Source: a virus. Taken from it: 64,000 nucleotides of DNA. Each line of letters begins with the position of its first letter. Position 1 is the first letter of the stretch. The stretch lies in the IMG/VR virus record IMGVR_UViG_3300031521_000027, positions 32,001-96,000 of that record, one strand, 5' to 3'. Positions 38,247 to 48,123 of the stretch are shown piece by piece. The position numbers were made by a program, and so were the translations under genes. The notes beneath the pieces are model-generated. The model was given only the letters and a program-made list of their open reading frames with translations. It searched no databases and was not told the DNA's origin.

Positions 38247-38764
38247 TCCGTACCCTCTCCGACGTTCCCGGTGCTGTGCGCCGCGTCCTGCGCAAGGTTG
38301 ACTTCGTCGCCAAGAAGAAGCTCTCCGATCAGGGCCACGCCTACAACTGCTACGACGAGCCGGTGGTGGCCGAGGTCGAGGAGGCCAACGTCATCACCTC
38401 CGTGATCGAGGCGAAGCTGCCGGAGTTCCTCTACGACGAGGAGCAGGAGTTCGTGGGAGGGGCCTGCCAGCACGCCCCGGTGCTCGACCTCGACATCCCG
38501 TGCATCCTGCTGCCCTCCACCACCCCGGGGCACCACCACCTGATCATCGATCACCCCATGGACTGGGGCCAGTACCTCAACCTGATGGCTGCCATGGTGC
38601 ACGCCGGGATCTTGGAGCAGGGCTACTTCGAGGCCACCAAGGCTCGTGGGTACAGCTCGATCCGGCTGCCGTGGGTGAAGCGGGAGGAGCCCCGCGTCCC
38701 CATCCAGCCAGCTCCGGAACCCGTTTCAGAAAACATCGACTTTGATTGGGAAGGACTGTTCTGA
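38243..38764 (+). CDS. small AEP/prim-pol-like protein (paralog of 23341-23781)
   Basis: QHAPVLDLD...PSTTPGHHHLII...GILEQGY. Confidence 0.55.
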   Translation: MIRTLSDVPGAVRRVLRKVDFVAKKKLSDQGHAYNCYDEPVVAEVEEANVITSVIEAKLPEFLYDEEQEFVGGACQHAPVLDLDIPCILLPSTTPGHHHLIIDHPMDWGQYLNLMAAMVHAGILEQGYFEATKARGYSSIRLPWVKREEPRVPIQPAPEPVSENIDFDWEGLF

Positions 38765-39111
38765 TGAGCAAGAAGCACGCCGAGGAAAACATCCCGCTGG
38801 AGCCTGTCGCATGGCGGGTCCGGGGAGCTGTCTACCCCACCGGCTCGGGCAAGATCGCCAAGACCGACATCACCCTCGGTGACGGCCTGCCTCCCACCAT
38901 CCTGATGCGCTTCGGCACGGACCCAGACGGGGCCACAGTGGTCGACGTCACCGCAGGTGGACTGGCGGCAGGGGACACGCTCCCGGAGAGCCTGAGGGGC
39001 ATTGGAGCCCTCCTGAGGGAGGTCGCAGCGGTCTTCATGGATCAGGAGCCGGTCAAGGTGGTCGTGGCCGAGAAGCCGCTGCCCAACGGCATGGTCAAGG
39101 TGCTGGGCTAG
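38764..39111 (+). CDS. hypothetical protein
   Basis: TGATG coupling; typical codon usage. Confidence 0.6.
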   Translation: MSKKHAEENIPLEPVAWRVRGAVYPTGSGKIAKTDITLGDGLPPTILMRFGTDPDGATVVDVTAGGLAAGDTLPESLRGIGALLREVAAVFMDQEPVKVVVAEKPLPNGMVKVLG

Positions 39112-39133
39112 AGCTAGGTCGATCTTCTATGGC

Positions 39134-39274
39134 ATGTCCATAGACCCTGCACTGAGTCCCGAGCTTGAGCCGGTCGAAGAGATCGAAGACGAAGAGATCT
39201 CCGACGAGGAACTCGAAGCCAACCAGCCGCCTGCCGACCCCTCCATCGAGGGCACCGACGGGATGCCGGAATGA
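39134..39274 (+). CDS. 46-aa highly acidic leaderless peptide coupled to endolysin
   Basis: GTCGATCTTC (39118-39127)-N6-ATG; stop overlaps endolysin ATG. Confidence 0.6.
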   Translation: MSIDPALSPELEPVEEIEDEEISDEELEANQPPADPSIEGTDGMPE

Positions 39275-40632
39275 TCCTCCTCGCGGACGCACAGGCCTTC
39301 TGCCTGCGGCTCGACAAGGTCGCCAACATCGGCTACGACCAAGGCGAACGGTGGGACTTCTACCGCAACGGCAAGCTCGTGCTCGGAGCCACCGAGGGTG
39401 ACTGCTCGACCGTGTGTGGAGCCATCGCCAAGGAGGCCGGTATCCCGGTCGTCCTGTCCGGCACGTTCTACACCGGCAACTACGCCATCAAGATGAAGGC
39501 CGCTGGCTGCAAGGTCATCCGGTTCGAGTCGATGTCGCAGGTCAAGGTCGGCGACTTCCTCCTGACCCCGGGCCATCACGTCGAGTTCGTCTACAGCGAG
39601 ACCAAGATGTTCTCGGCCCATCAGGACGAGCGTGGCCGCGCATCCGGTGGCAAGGCTGGAGACCAGACGGGCAAGGAGGTCGGCTTCAGGACCTTGGCGA
39701 ACCGCCCCGGTGGCTGGACCTACATCATCCGCCCGCAGTACACCACCGTCACCAAGCCGGTGCCTGTCGTGGTCCCCGGCATCGTCATCACCGAGGCCCA
39801 GCTGGCTGCCGCACTCAAGGCTGCCGGTTCGAGCACCGTCCGCGCGAAGGTCTGCACCGGGTACAACGCCAAGGGTGAGCGGGTCTACACCGCCACCTCG
39901 CTGAAGGACCTCGCGGCCATGGCCACTGTGGCGCTGAAGGGTCAGAAGCTGACCCGTCACGGCGTCGCTGCGTGGGTCGGCACGATGCTTCAGGAGTCTG
40001 CATGGCTGGCCACGACCGTCGAGTACGGCGCGGACAAGAAGCGCTACGACCCCTACCGGGGCCGGTCGTTCGAGCAGATCACGTGGAAGGACAACTACGC
40101 GGCGTTCGGGGTCTGGGCCAAGAGCCGGGGTCTCATCACCGACGCCAACCTGTTCGTCGACCACCCGGATGAACTCGGCAAGCTCGGGTGGGCGTGGGTC
40201 GGAGGCATCTGGTACTTCTCAGCGCGCAAGCTGTGGGGCTACGGCAACTCCGGCGACTTCCAGAGGGTCCAGACCGCCGTCAACATGGGCACCGCCTCCG
40301 GCGAGAAGTACCCGGCTGGCTGGGACGCTCGACTGTCGGCCTACCGGGCGTTCCTGTCGGCCTACGGCAAGCCCGCCGCACTCGCGGTGGACGGTGACTT
40401 CGGCACCAAGTCGTGGAAGCGGGTGCAGGAGTTCCTCGGGGTCGAGATCGATGGCCAGACCGGGGGCCAGACCTACCGCGCGCTCCGCAAGTGGCTCGGC
40501 TACAGCGACGGTGACGTCCTGAACTCCGGTGTCATCGGAGCGTTGCAGTCCAAGATCGGTGTGTCCAAGGACGGCGACTGGGGTCCCAAGACCTCGACTG
40601 CTTTCCAGAAGTACCTGAACGCTCATCGGTAG
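39271..40632 (+). CDS. endolysin: NlpC/P60-like amidase + GH19 + peptidoglycan-binding repeats
   Basis: GYDQ..R...GDCS...GHHVE; LQES...EY...YRGR..QITWKDNY; VDG.FG..T repeats. Confidence 0.9.
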   Translation: MILLADAQAFCLRLDKVANIGYDQGERWDFYRNGKLVLGATEGDCSTVCGAIAKEAGIPVVLSGTFYTGNYAIKMKAAGCKVIRFESMSQVKVGDFLLTPGHHVEFVYSETKMFSAHQDERGRASGGKAGDQTGKEVGFRTLANRPGGWTYIIRPQYTTVTKPVPVVVPGIVITEAQLAAALKAAGSSTVRAKVCTGYNAKGERVYTATSLKDLAAMATVALKGQKLTRHGVAAWVGTMLQESAWLATTVEYGADKKRYDPYRGRSFEQITWKDNYAAFGVWAKSRGLITDANLFVDHPDELGKLGWAWVGGIWYFSARKLWGYGNSGDFQRVQTAVNMGTASGEKYPAGWDARLSAYRAFLSAYGKPAALAVDGDFGTKSWKRVQEFLGVEIDGQTGGQTYRALRKWLGYSDGDVLNSGVIGALQSKIGVSKDGDWGPKTSTAFQKYLNAHR

Positions 40633-40658
40633 GTAATAGTTGCCGTAGACTAATCGCG

Positions 40659-40700
40659 AGCCCTGACTCCCCTAATCCCCCCCGTAGGGGAGTCAGGGCT
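40659..40700. terminator. bidirectional terminator AGCCCTGACTCCCCT...AGGGGAGTCAGGGCT
   Basis: 15-bp perfect stem between convergent genes. Confidence 0.75.
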
Positions 40701-40842
40701 TAGCTGCGCCTACGAGGAGCGGGGCTGTGTCCCATTCCCACAGTCGGTCGGACCAGTAGGCCTGATGGGAGCCGGGGTGGCCTGCCTTCTGGTGGCAGAC
40801 GAGCGTCCATCCACAGGCGGGGGTTCCTTCGTGGTTGCACAT
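40693..40842 (-). CDS. 49-aa Cys/His-rich leaderless protein
   Basis: Minus-strand GTCGATCTTC (40858-40849)-N6-ATG; C...C....GH...H...W.W pattern also seen in 54783-54956. Confidence 0.6.
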   Translation of the reverse strand: MCNHEGTPACGWTLVCHQKAGHPGSHQAYWSDRLWEWDTAPLLVGAAKP

Positions 40843-40892
40843 GTCTCTGAAGATCGACTGCGGATCCCCGGTTCTGCGGCGTACCAGTAGGT

Positions 40893-41357
40893 ATGGCACA
40901 TCCTGCAACCCTCAACATCGTCATGACCGTCGAGAACCCTCCGCTCTTTGCCGCTGAGATCGCCGACGCCGTCGCCGCCAAGCTCTCCCGCGCCGCCATC
41001 TGGGACGAGGTCCAGAAGACACTGGTGGAGTGGGTCGCGCTCTACGCCACGCACACCACCGCCCAGCCCGAGCTGAAGCTGCCCGAGGAGGTCACCGAGT
41101 TCCTTGAGGCCGAGCACGACACCGACGAGAAGCTGAAGGAAGCCGCCGACGTGCTCATCGTGCTGGCGTCCCAGCTGACCTTCGAGGGCTACACCATCGA
41201 GGACCTCGCCAACGCCGTGCAGGAGAAGCTGCTGGTCAACCTCGCCCGGACGTGGCAGCTCAACGACACCGGCACCATCTCCCACGTCAAGGACGTTTCC
41301 GAAAACGATGAGTCCGGCGTGGTCAGCGACATCGACATCCTGCTGGACGAACTCTGA
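40893..41357 (+). CDS. MazG-like (DUF550-type) nucleotide pyrophosphohydrolase
   Basis: KLPEEV.EF...KEAADVLI...EKL.VN.AR.W; leaderless from middle promoter 40858-40888. Confidence 0.75.
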   Translation: MAHPATLNIVMTVENPPLFAAEIADAVAAKLSRAAIWDEVQKTLVEWVALYATHTTAQPELKLPEEVTEFLEAEHDTDEKLKEAADVLIVLASQLTFEGYTIEDLANAVQEKLLVNLARTWQLNDTGTISHVKDVSENDESGVVSDIDILLDEL

Positions 41358-41845
41358 TGGCTAGCTTCACCGAGTCTGGGTTCCGGGGTGACTACTTCTT
41401 CCTGTCGAACTTCTACGAGCAGCCCCTGTGGATAGGCAGGCTGGGCATGATGGCTCCCACAGGGGAGCACGCCTACAACGCCCTGAAGACGGTCGATACG
41501 GCCACCCGTGAGGCCATCCTGAAGGCAACGACCCCGGGGCAGGCCAAGGGGCTGGGCCGGAAGGCACCCCTGCGGGAGGGCTGGGAAGCAGGTGGCCGTG
41601 TGGCAGCCATGTCCATGGTCATCTCGGCCAAGTTCAGCCTCCCCTTCCGCCCCATCCTGCCCAACCTCGCGGCCATGCTCATCGACACGGACAGCACCAT
41701 GCTGATCGAGATCAACGACTGGCACGACAACTTCTGGGGGAGCTGCCTGTGCACCCGGCGCACCTGTGGCGGCAAGGGCATCAACATGCTGGGCGAGCTG
41801 CTCATGGCCCGGCGCACCATCCTCCAGCACCCGAAGGACTTCTGA
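41357..41845 (+). CDS. NADAR (YbiA-like) protein
   Basis: FLSNFY, T.EHAY.A.K, P..AK.LGR, AKF, L.E.N.W.D.FWG, G.N.LG.LLM. Confidence 0.9.
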   Translation: MASFTESGFRGDYFFLSNFYEQPLWIGRLGMMAPTGEHAYNALKTVDTATREAILKATTPGQAKGLGRKAPLREGWEAGGRVAAMSMVISAKFSLPFRPILPNLAAMLIDTDSTMLIEINDWHDNFWGSCLCTRRTCGGKGINMLGELLMARRTILQHPKDF

Positions 41846-43179
41846 TGGCCGAGGGATTCGAGGCAGCTCAGCTGCACCACAGGGACACCCACTTGCCTCA
41901 GGGCTTCGTCTCGGCACAGCCCCCGATCAGGGGCCTGAGCCTGACCATGGAGATCCTCTTGGAAGACGGCAAGGTGGCCCTCCTCGCCGCTCCGAACGCC
42001 ACCATGGTGTACCGGGACGCCCAGCTGTCGGACCTCGACCTGCGCCGGGACACGATCTGCGCCGCCCCCGTGTTCGGCTCCGGCGAGCAGTGGATCCGGC
42101 TCGATGGCCAGTACACGATCACCGTCAACACCGAAGATGATTCTGAGGAGGCCTGATGGCCAACTACTCCGAGCGCATCGAGCGCTCCACCCAGAAGGTC
42201 TTCTTCCTGCCGACACCCAGCAACTGGGCTGAGGTGTCCAAGATGCTCGCTGGGGTCCAGCAGTACCTGATTGCTGCGAGCATCCCGAACCGCACGTTCG
42301 ACGACGTGGTCACGGTCGAGTCTGACGGTGAGGAGATCCGCTTCATCGTGGATCTCGGAACTGAGGTGGTCGTATGATCCGGGTCGTGGTCAGGGGCCGC
42401 GCCGGAGGCAAGACCTCCGAGATGATCAAGCTGACCGCAGCCGATCCCGATGCCATCATGATCGTCGCCAACTCACCGCAGGCCGGGTGGGTCAAGAGGC
42501 AGGCCACCCTGATGGGGGTTCGCCTCAGGCCTGAGCAGATCATCACCTTGGGGCAGTTGCAGAATGGGGAGCTTCAGGGGCATGGGCGGCACCCACGCTA
42601 CGGGGTGGTGGACAACGCCGACATCGTGCTGGAGATGCTGCTGGGGATCCCCGTCGGAGCCATCTCCCTCAACGGTGCAGAGCTGGACGTCAAGCCGATC
42701 TCCGATGAGGAGGCGTGCCAGCCGAGGCCCGACATCCGCGCCGCCGCACAGGACATGCCCAAGCGCGAGCCGAACCTGCTCGCCGACACCGACTGCGTCT
42801 GATGCTGAGATCAGCATGGTCAGAGTCCCATGCTGGTACCCTTGGCTTCGGTCGGGTGACCCCAGAGGGGGTGCTCGCAGCCGCTGTCCACACCGGACGC
42901 GACTGCGTCCCCACACAGAGAGAAGACACCATGGCCATCACCGCGAGGTTCTACGTTTCCGAGGTCACCAAGTACGCCGGACGCGACGATCAGGGCACCG
43001 TCAGGCTGCGCCCGTCCTACGCCAACGGCGCGAACAAGGAGTGGGCGTCGGCGACACCGACTGGCGAGATCACGATGGGAGTCAACAACCCGGAGGCGTT
43101 CGCCGAGTTCGACGCAGCCCGGCTGGCCAGCGATGACATCCACATCACCTTCGAGCGTCACCCGAGGGCTACTGTCTGA
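41845..43179 (+). CDS. four small genes: 41845-42156, 42156-42377, 42374-42802 (P-loop RGRAGGKT), 42931-43179
   Basis: Overlapping start/stop coupling; typical codon usage. Confidence 0.6.
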
Positions 43180-43353
43180 GGCACGAGTGGGCCGGGCACC
43201 GTCACGTACCTGACGGTGGGAAGGTGGAGACGTCCACCGAGTTGGTTGATCCCCGGGAGCGAGAGGTGGTACCTCGCACTTAGCTTGACTTGGGACATCT
43301 CCATGGCCTAAGCTAGAGACATCAAGCGGTCAGCTTGCACAACAGGAGGAACC

Positions 43354-46300
43354 ATGGCCAGCATCCAGATCACCGAGCCCGCAGCCTCATCCGAGCAGGC
43401 CCGGCACGAGATCCTCGCCGTCGCCCTCGGCACCATCCCCACGGAGAACGGTGAGCTGTCCGACGCGGCAGCCAAGACCATCGCGTCGTGGTGGCAGTCC
43501 TCCGGCACTGTCGGCAGCGCCCTCGCCTCACTGGCCTCCGGCGCAGCGGTGGATCGCGACTACCTCTACGAGGACATCGGCGCGACCGGGCGCACGGCCA
43601 TGCCTATGTGGCCCCGCGAGCTGGAGATGATGGCGACGTGGTGCCTGAACCATGCCTGAGCTTCCCCCGGTCACCGAGGACGAGTGGTGGCCGCTGGTGG
43701 GGGAGCTGGTAGAGACCACGGTCTACGGACACAAGCGCCTCCTGCCGGTGGTCCAGCCCTTCACTGTGAACGAGCGCCCCATCCGCCTGTACGGGCGGGT
43801 CTTCAACATCGGAGACTTGGTCATCGAGCTGTCAGCGGGTGGGCCCAAGAGGCTCCGGTTCATCTACCGCCTGCCAAGGGAGCTGAGGCTCGTTTCCTGA
43901 AACGTGTTGACATCTGCCCAACCTAGTCCTAAGATAGAGACATGAACCGCACCGACACCGTCGCCGCCCACGAGGTGGCAGCCGAGATCAGCCGCCTGAT
44001 CCAGACCGGCGTGAAGATGAGCCTCGGCTTCCACTCCGCTGCCGTCTCGTCCAACGAGCCCGGCACTGGGCTCTTCCTCCCCGGCTACACCTTCCTCGCC
44101 AAGATCATCGCCTTCCGCAAGGACGGCACTCGGGGCTCCTCCGCCCGGATCATGCGGGTCACGGTCACCCTGAACTCCAACGACCTCTACAACATCGACG
44201 TGCGCTACGCCGCCCGCCGCTCCGTGGTCGGCGACACCGTCCACTTCCAGCTGGACGACATCTACGCCTCCATGCTGAACAAGTTCCTGCTGGCCCTCGA
44301 CTACGACGGCGACGCCGTCCTCAACCCCCGGATTGTGGGCTAACCATGGACCTCAACGAAGCACAGACCATCCTCGCCGAGCGCGAGATCCGCGCCCTCG
44401 CCTCCACCATGCTCAGCCGGGTCAGCAACCGCAGGGACCACCCCAGCTACGGGGTGTCCAAGGCGGCGATCCGTGAGGCCTACAGCATGATGACCGGAGC
44501 CATCGCCCTCTACGGGATGCTCACCAGCCAGATCGGGAGCCCCCTCGTGTGGCACATGGTGACCTTCAAGCTGCCCGGTACGGCCACCCGTGTCGACGCC
44601 GCCACCACAGCCTTCAAGGCGCTCTGACATGATCGACGGACCCAAGATGCACGTCGAGGTCGGGCAGGTCATCTACGCCTACGACGACATGGGGCGCAAG
44701 ATGAATGCCGAGAGGCTGATCGTCAGCAGGGTCTCCCGGGTGTACTTCTACGCCAGCTCCACCGGCAAGGCAGACAAGTGGAGTGAGCACGCCTTCACCA
44801 TCGCTGGTGGTGACGAGCGGGTCAAGTTCGGCTCCTCCCGCACGGCCTACACCGAGCAGGGGTGGGCCGAGTACGCCGCCTCACAGGAGGTTCGCGACGA
44901 GCTTCGCACGTTGGGGGTCGAGCACAACTACGGGCTCAAGGCCTACGCTCGTGCGTCCCTCAGCCAGCTCACCCGCATCCGCGACATCCTCAAGGAGGGG
45001 TTGTGAGCATCTTCGACAGCCCGCACTGGTCCAACGTCTGGGGACTCATCCTCTGGACCGGGACTGCTGAGGAGGCCGAGCAGCTGCTCGCTGAGACCCC
45101 AGCCGGGATCGAGCGGCGCTTCCTCAAGGAGGCCACCTTCGCCCTGCGCTGGGCTACGAGCAGGGACCGGACTCCACCCCACGAGTGGGATGAGGCTGAC
45201 GAGGTTTGGCTGCACGACCTGCTGGAGACCATCCAGAGGTCCAAGCGCAGGTACGTCCCCCCGACCCCTGAGCAGGCTCGCGAGGCTCTCCGGCAGTGGG
45301 AGCTGGTCAAGGCCAAGTGGCTGGAAGAGCACTCCGCCCTGACTGCACAGTGGGGAGCATCCCCCAAGAAGGGGCAGCCGGGACGCTACGACTACACCAC
45401 GGGTCGGGACGAGGATCGCTGCAAGGTCTGCGGGAAGCTCCAGTGCCGCAACGACGATCACCTCTTTCCCGAAACTACTTGACATAAGGTAGAGACAGGT
45501 CCTAAGATAGAGACATGACGAACCACGTGTACCAGACGCTTGTGACCACCCCCGCCTTCCTCGCGGGCAGGTCCGCTGCCATCACCGACATGCTGCGTGT
45601 GCAGGGCTCGGTCACCCCCTACGGTCCCCTGCTGGACACGCAGGGCTCCGAGTTCAAGTCCGGCTACCTCATGGAGGTCGACGAGTTCGACGCCCTCCCC
45701 GAAGACATCCAGAAGACCCAGCTCACCAGCTGGGAAGCCCAGCGCAGCTCCAAGGGGAACTGACCATGAACGAGCCGATCACCGAGTACCTCGACGAGGG
45801 CCGGGACTACGCCAAGGACATGGCTGCCGAGGCGCGCGAGCGCCGTACCGAGGACGCCCGCCGCTCCAAGTGGTCCAAGAAGAAGGTGCGTTGATGTTCA
45901 TCCGGATCACTGCCACCCACATCCACGGCCAGCAGACCACCCGGGAGCTGACCTTCCGGAGCAAGGACGTCGTGGACAAGATGGTCCTCGACGCCTTCGC
46001 CGATCCCAACATCGCGAGCTTCGACCTGAAGGTCTGGAACACTCGCAAGGGTGCTGGGCTGGTCAAGGTCGATGGCCAGCTGGTCCCCACCGAAGGACCG
46101 GACTACCACGCCGCCAAGCACTCCGACGGAACCTTCACCAGCTTCACCAAGATCGGCTGAGAGATGATTCTGAGCATCCCGCCCGAGCAGTGCACCCACC
46201 ACCCGGTCGACCGCGCCTTCGTGGCTCACGCCGGGGAGCACCCTCCGTTCGCGTGGTGCGTCGAGTGCCGGGAGTACGTGGAGATCGACGTCGACTACGC

Positions 46301-46472
46301 CCTGAAGTTCCACCACGACCACGCATTGGAGGAGGTCTTCCGCCACAAGGTGGTCAGCAAGGCCGGAGCAGGGGCATGGGAGGCATGGCAGGCCGAGAAC
46401 TGGGCCACCGTGCTCCAGCGCCTCGCCGACCGCCCACGGGGCAAGGCACCCAAGCTGTTGACACCGCACTGA
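43354..46472 (+). CDS. cluster of small early hypothetical genes (43354-43659, 43652-43900, 43942-44343, 44346-44627, 44629-45006, 45003-45482, 45515-45763, 45894-46160, 46164-46472)
   Basis: Follow early promoters; two are leaderless (43942, 45515); coupled start/stop. Confidence 0.65.
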
Positions 46473-46579
46473 TTCGTGTCCTAAGATAAGGACACACCCC
46501 GAGCCGAGATTCATTCACGCAGCCGAGCAGCCCGTGCTCGGCTCGGGGACCACCATCGTTTCGACAAAGAGAGCCAACC

Positions 46580-47491
46580 ATGGCCAAGATCAAGTACGAG
46601 AACTGGAACCCCACCGGCACCTCTCTCGCCCTCATCCAGACCGCCAACCAGATCTGCGCCGACTACCGCGCGCAGGGCTACGACCTGACGCTCCGGCAGC
46701 TCTACTACCAGTTCGTCTCCCGGGGCGAGATCCCGAACAACCAGCGCCAGTACAAGATGCTGGGCACGGTCATCGACAAGGCCCGTCGCGCCGGTCTGCT
46801 GGACTGGAACTACATCGTGGACCGCACCCGGTACCTCGCAGGCAACCAGACCTACGACGACCCGGCAGCCATCATCGAGTCCGTCGTGGACAAGTTCTAC
46901 ATCGACCTGTGGGAGACGCAGGACACCCGCGTCGAGGTGTGGGTGGAGAAGGAAGCCCTCGCTGGAGTCATCGAGCGCGCCGCCAAGGCCCGGGGCTGCA
47001 ACTACTTCTCCTGCCGTGGCTACGTCTCCCAGTCGGAGATGCACGCCGCCGCCATGCGCCACCGGTACTGGGAGAACGAGGGGCAGGACATGGTTGTCGT
47101 CCACCTCGGTGACCACGACCCCAGCGGCATCGACATGACCCGGGACATCCGGGACCGCCTTCGGCTCTTCGGGGCCAGCACCACGGTCAAGCGGATCGCG
47201 CTCAACTATGACCAGATCGAGCAGTACAGCCCGCCGCCGAACCCGGCCAAGCTCACCGACTCCCGCGCCGAGGGCTACATCGAGCGCTTCGGGGACGAGA
47301 GCTGGGAGCTGGACGCTCTTGATCCGGCCACGCTGAACGCCCTGATCACCGAGGAGATCGACACCTACATCCACCGGCCCACCTTCCAGCTCCGGCAGGA
47401 CGAGCAGTCCGAGGGCCGCGACAAGCTCCGGATGGTCTCCAGCCTGTGGGATGAGGTCTCCGACTTCGTCGAGGAACGCTCCGCCGAGTAG
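46580..47491 (+). CDS. Toprim protein, TopoVI-A/Spo11/JetD-like
   Basis: TLRQLYY winged helix; VEVWVEK, RGY.S, LGDHDPSG.DM, RIAL, WELDAL. Confidence 0.8.
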   Translation: MAKIKYENWNPTGTSLALIQTANQICADYRAQGYDLTLRQLYYQFVSRGEIPNNQRQYKMLGTVIDKARRAGLLDWNYIVDRTRYLAGNQTYDDPAAIIESVVDKFYIDLWETQDTRVEVWVEKEALAGVIERAAKARGCNYFSCRGYVSQSEMHAAAMRHRYWENEGQDMVVVHLGDHDPSGIDMTRDIRDRLRLFGASTTVKRIALNYDQIEQYSPPPNPAKLTDSRAEGYIERFGDESWELDALDPATLNALITEEIDTYIHRPTFQLRQDEQSEGRDKLRMVSSLWDEVSDFVEERSAE

Positions 47492-47537
47492 TACCCAGTA
47501 CGTTTTAGAAAACAAGGTCAACGCAACAGGAGGCACC

Positions 47538-48023
47538 ATGTCCAATCCCTACTACACCCTGCCCGAACCAGCTCCCAAGAAGCCGATGAGTGGCGGTGTC
47601 AAGCTCGCCCTCGGGGTGGTGCTCGCTGCCCTGCTCATGGGAGCAGGCTCCCTCATGGGCAGGCCCACCACGGCCCCTGTCACCGCTGCGGTGACAGCCC
47701 CCGCAGTGCCTGCCACCACGGCTGCGGCAGCTCCTGTCGAGGACGCCACCGTCGAGTCTGAGAGCCCCGACGACAGGTTCGATGCACTGATCCCGATCCT
47801 GTCCAAGGAGACGCCGACGGCAGCCGAGATGGCCTCCCTGCGCACACTGGGCCACACCACGTGCAGCTCCATCGACAAGGGCGTGACCAAGGACAACATG
47901 ATCGCCGTCATGCTCGGGCAGGACATCAGCCCGACCTCCCGTACCGGGATGCTCGTGATGGCTGCCATGGTTGCGGCCACGGGAACGTACTGCTCCGAGC
48001 ACGAGGGATTCTTCTCCGCCTGA
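47538..48023 (+). CDS. secreted/membrane DUF732-like protein
   Basis: TM helix, Ala/Pro linker, G...C..I..G...A...YC. Confidence 0.6.
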   Translation: MSNPYYTLPEPAPKKPMSGGVKLALGVVLAALLMGAGSLMGRPTTAPVTAAVTAPAVPATTAAAAPVEDATVESESPDDRFDALIPILSKETPTAAEMASLRTLGHTTCSSIDKGVTKDNMIAVMLGQDISPTSRTGMLVMAAMVAATGTYCSEHEGFFSA

Positions 48024-48123
48024 GGCGGGTTTCCGGAAACAGTTGACACGCCCGCCTTGATGGTCCTAAGATAGAGACATCAAGGCGGGCACCCCCCGCC
48101 TACCAGACGAGAGAGAGCCAGTC

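Noticed and set aside
43190-43280. tRNA-like element (GGTTGATCCCC resembles a T-arm)
   Set aside because: No TTCRA loop, acceptor stem or proper cloverleaf; kept only as generic structured RNA
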